Below are positions 63,895 through 64,000 of a stretch of DNA of 64,000 bases, in pieces. How positions within the stretch are numbered: the first letter of the stretch is position 1; each line of letters starts with the position of its first letter. The translations under genes were made by a program, and so were the position numbers. The stretch comes from a virus. Lineage: Duplodnaviria; Caudoviricetes. The stretch is from IMG/VR virus record IMGVR_UViG_3300033273_000313, positions 2,025-66,024 of that record. One strand, written 5' to 3'. The notes under the pieces are model-generated. The model made no database searches, was not told where the DNA came from, and saw nothing but the letters and a program-made list of their open reading frames with translations.

Positions 63895-64000
63895 CTCTAA
63901 CTCTTCAAGAGGTTGATCATCTTATCAAAGCACTTGAAACAATGTCATCATATGATATTGCTAGAGCACGTGAGCATGTAGTGAATGGAGTATCAGATCA
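63891..64000 (+). CDS. hypothetical protein, 3' truncated by window edge
   Basis: ATGA overlap; MTLTLQEVDHLIKALE... open to the window end. Confidence 0.5.
   Translation, partial: MTLTLQEVDHLIKALETMSSYDIARAREHVVNGVSD

Overview
A 64-kb segment of a T4-like marine cyanomyovirus (Synechococcus/Prochlorococcus-type). From left to right it contains: (1) small ORFs and speD; (2) a nitrogen-responsive cassette made of an NtcA-like box, a sigma70 promoter, tandem glutamine-riboswitch-like aptamers whose P2 loops each hold a complete ORF, and a DUF4278-like gene; (3) thyX, phoH, an exonuclease, gp33 and gp32; (4) a minus-strand gp53-gp48-gp2-gp4 block; (5) a plus-strand baseplate/tail block with gp54-like, gp26, gp51, two paralogous tape-measure-like murein hydrolases, a hub protein and a split gp5; (6) a 2OG oxygenase, a glutaredoxin-like gene, the cpeT bilin lyase and three tRNAs; (7) a 3872-aa virion protein and a tail-fibre cluster; (8) a helicase-HNH-Dam-like methylase operon; (9) an early region of small ORFs with further 2OG-Fe(II) oxygenases. 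The strongest candidate for a new system is the 3872-aa protein. It carries five repeats resembling phycobiliprotein (bilin-binding globin) domains, each keeping a Cys84-like site (C-x-R-D in four, CTDD in the fifth) and a beta-Cys155-like site. It is encoded about 1 kb downstream of a T-type bilin lyase, which suggests a phage-encoded, chromophore-bearing and possibly light-responsive virion protein. All family assignments come from motifs recognised by eye and from memory; no searches were run.
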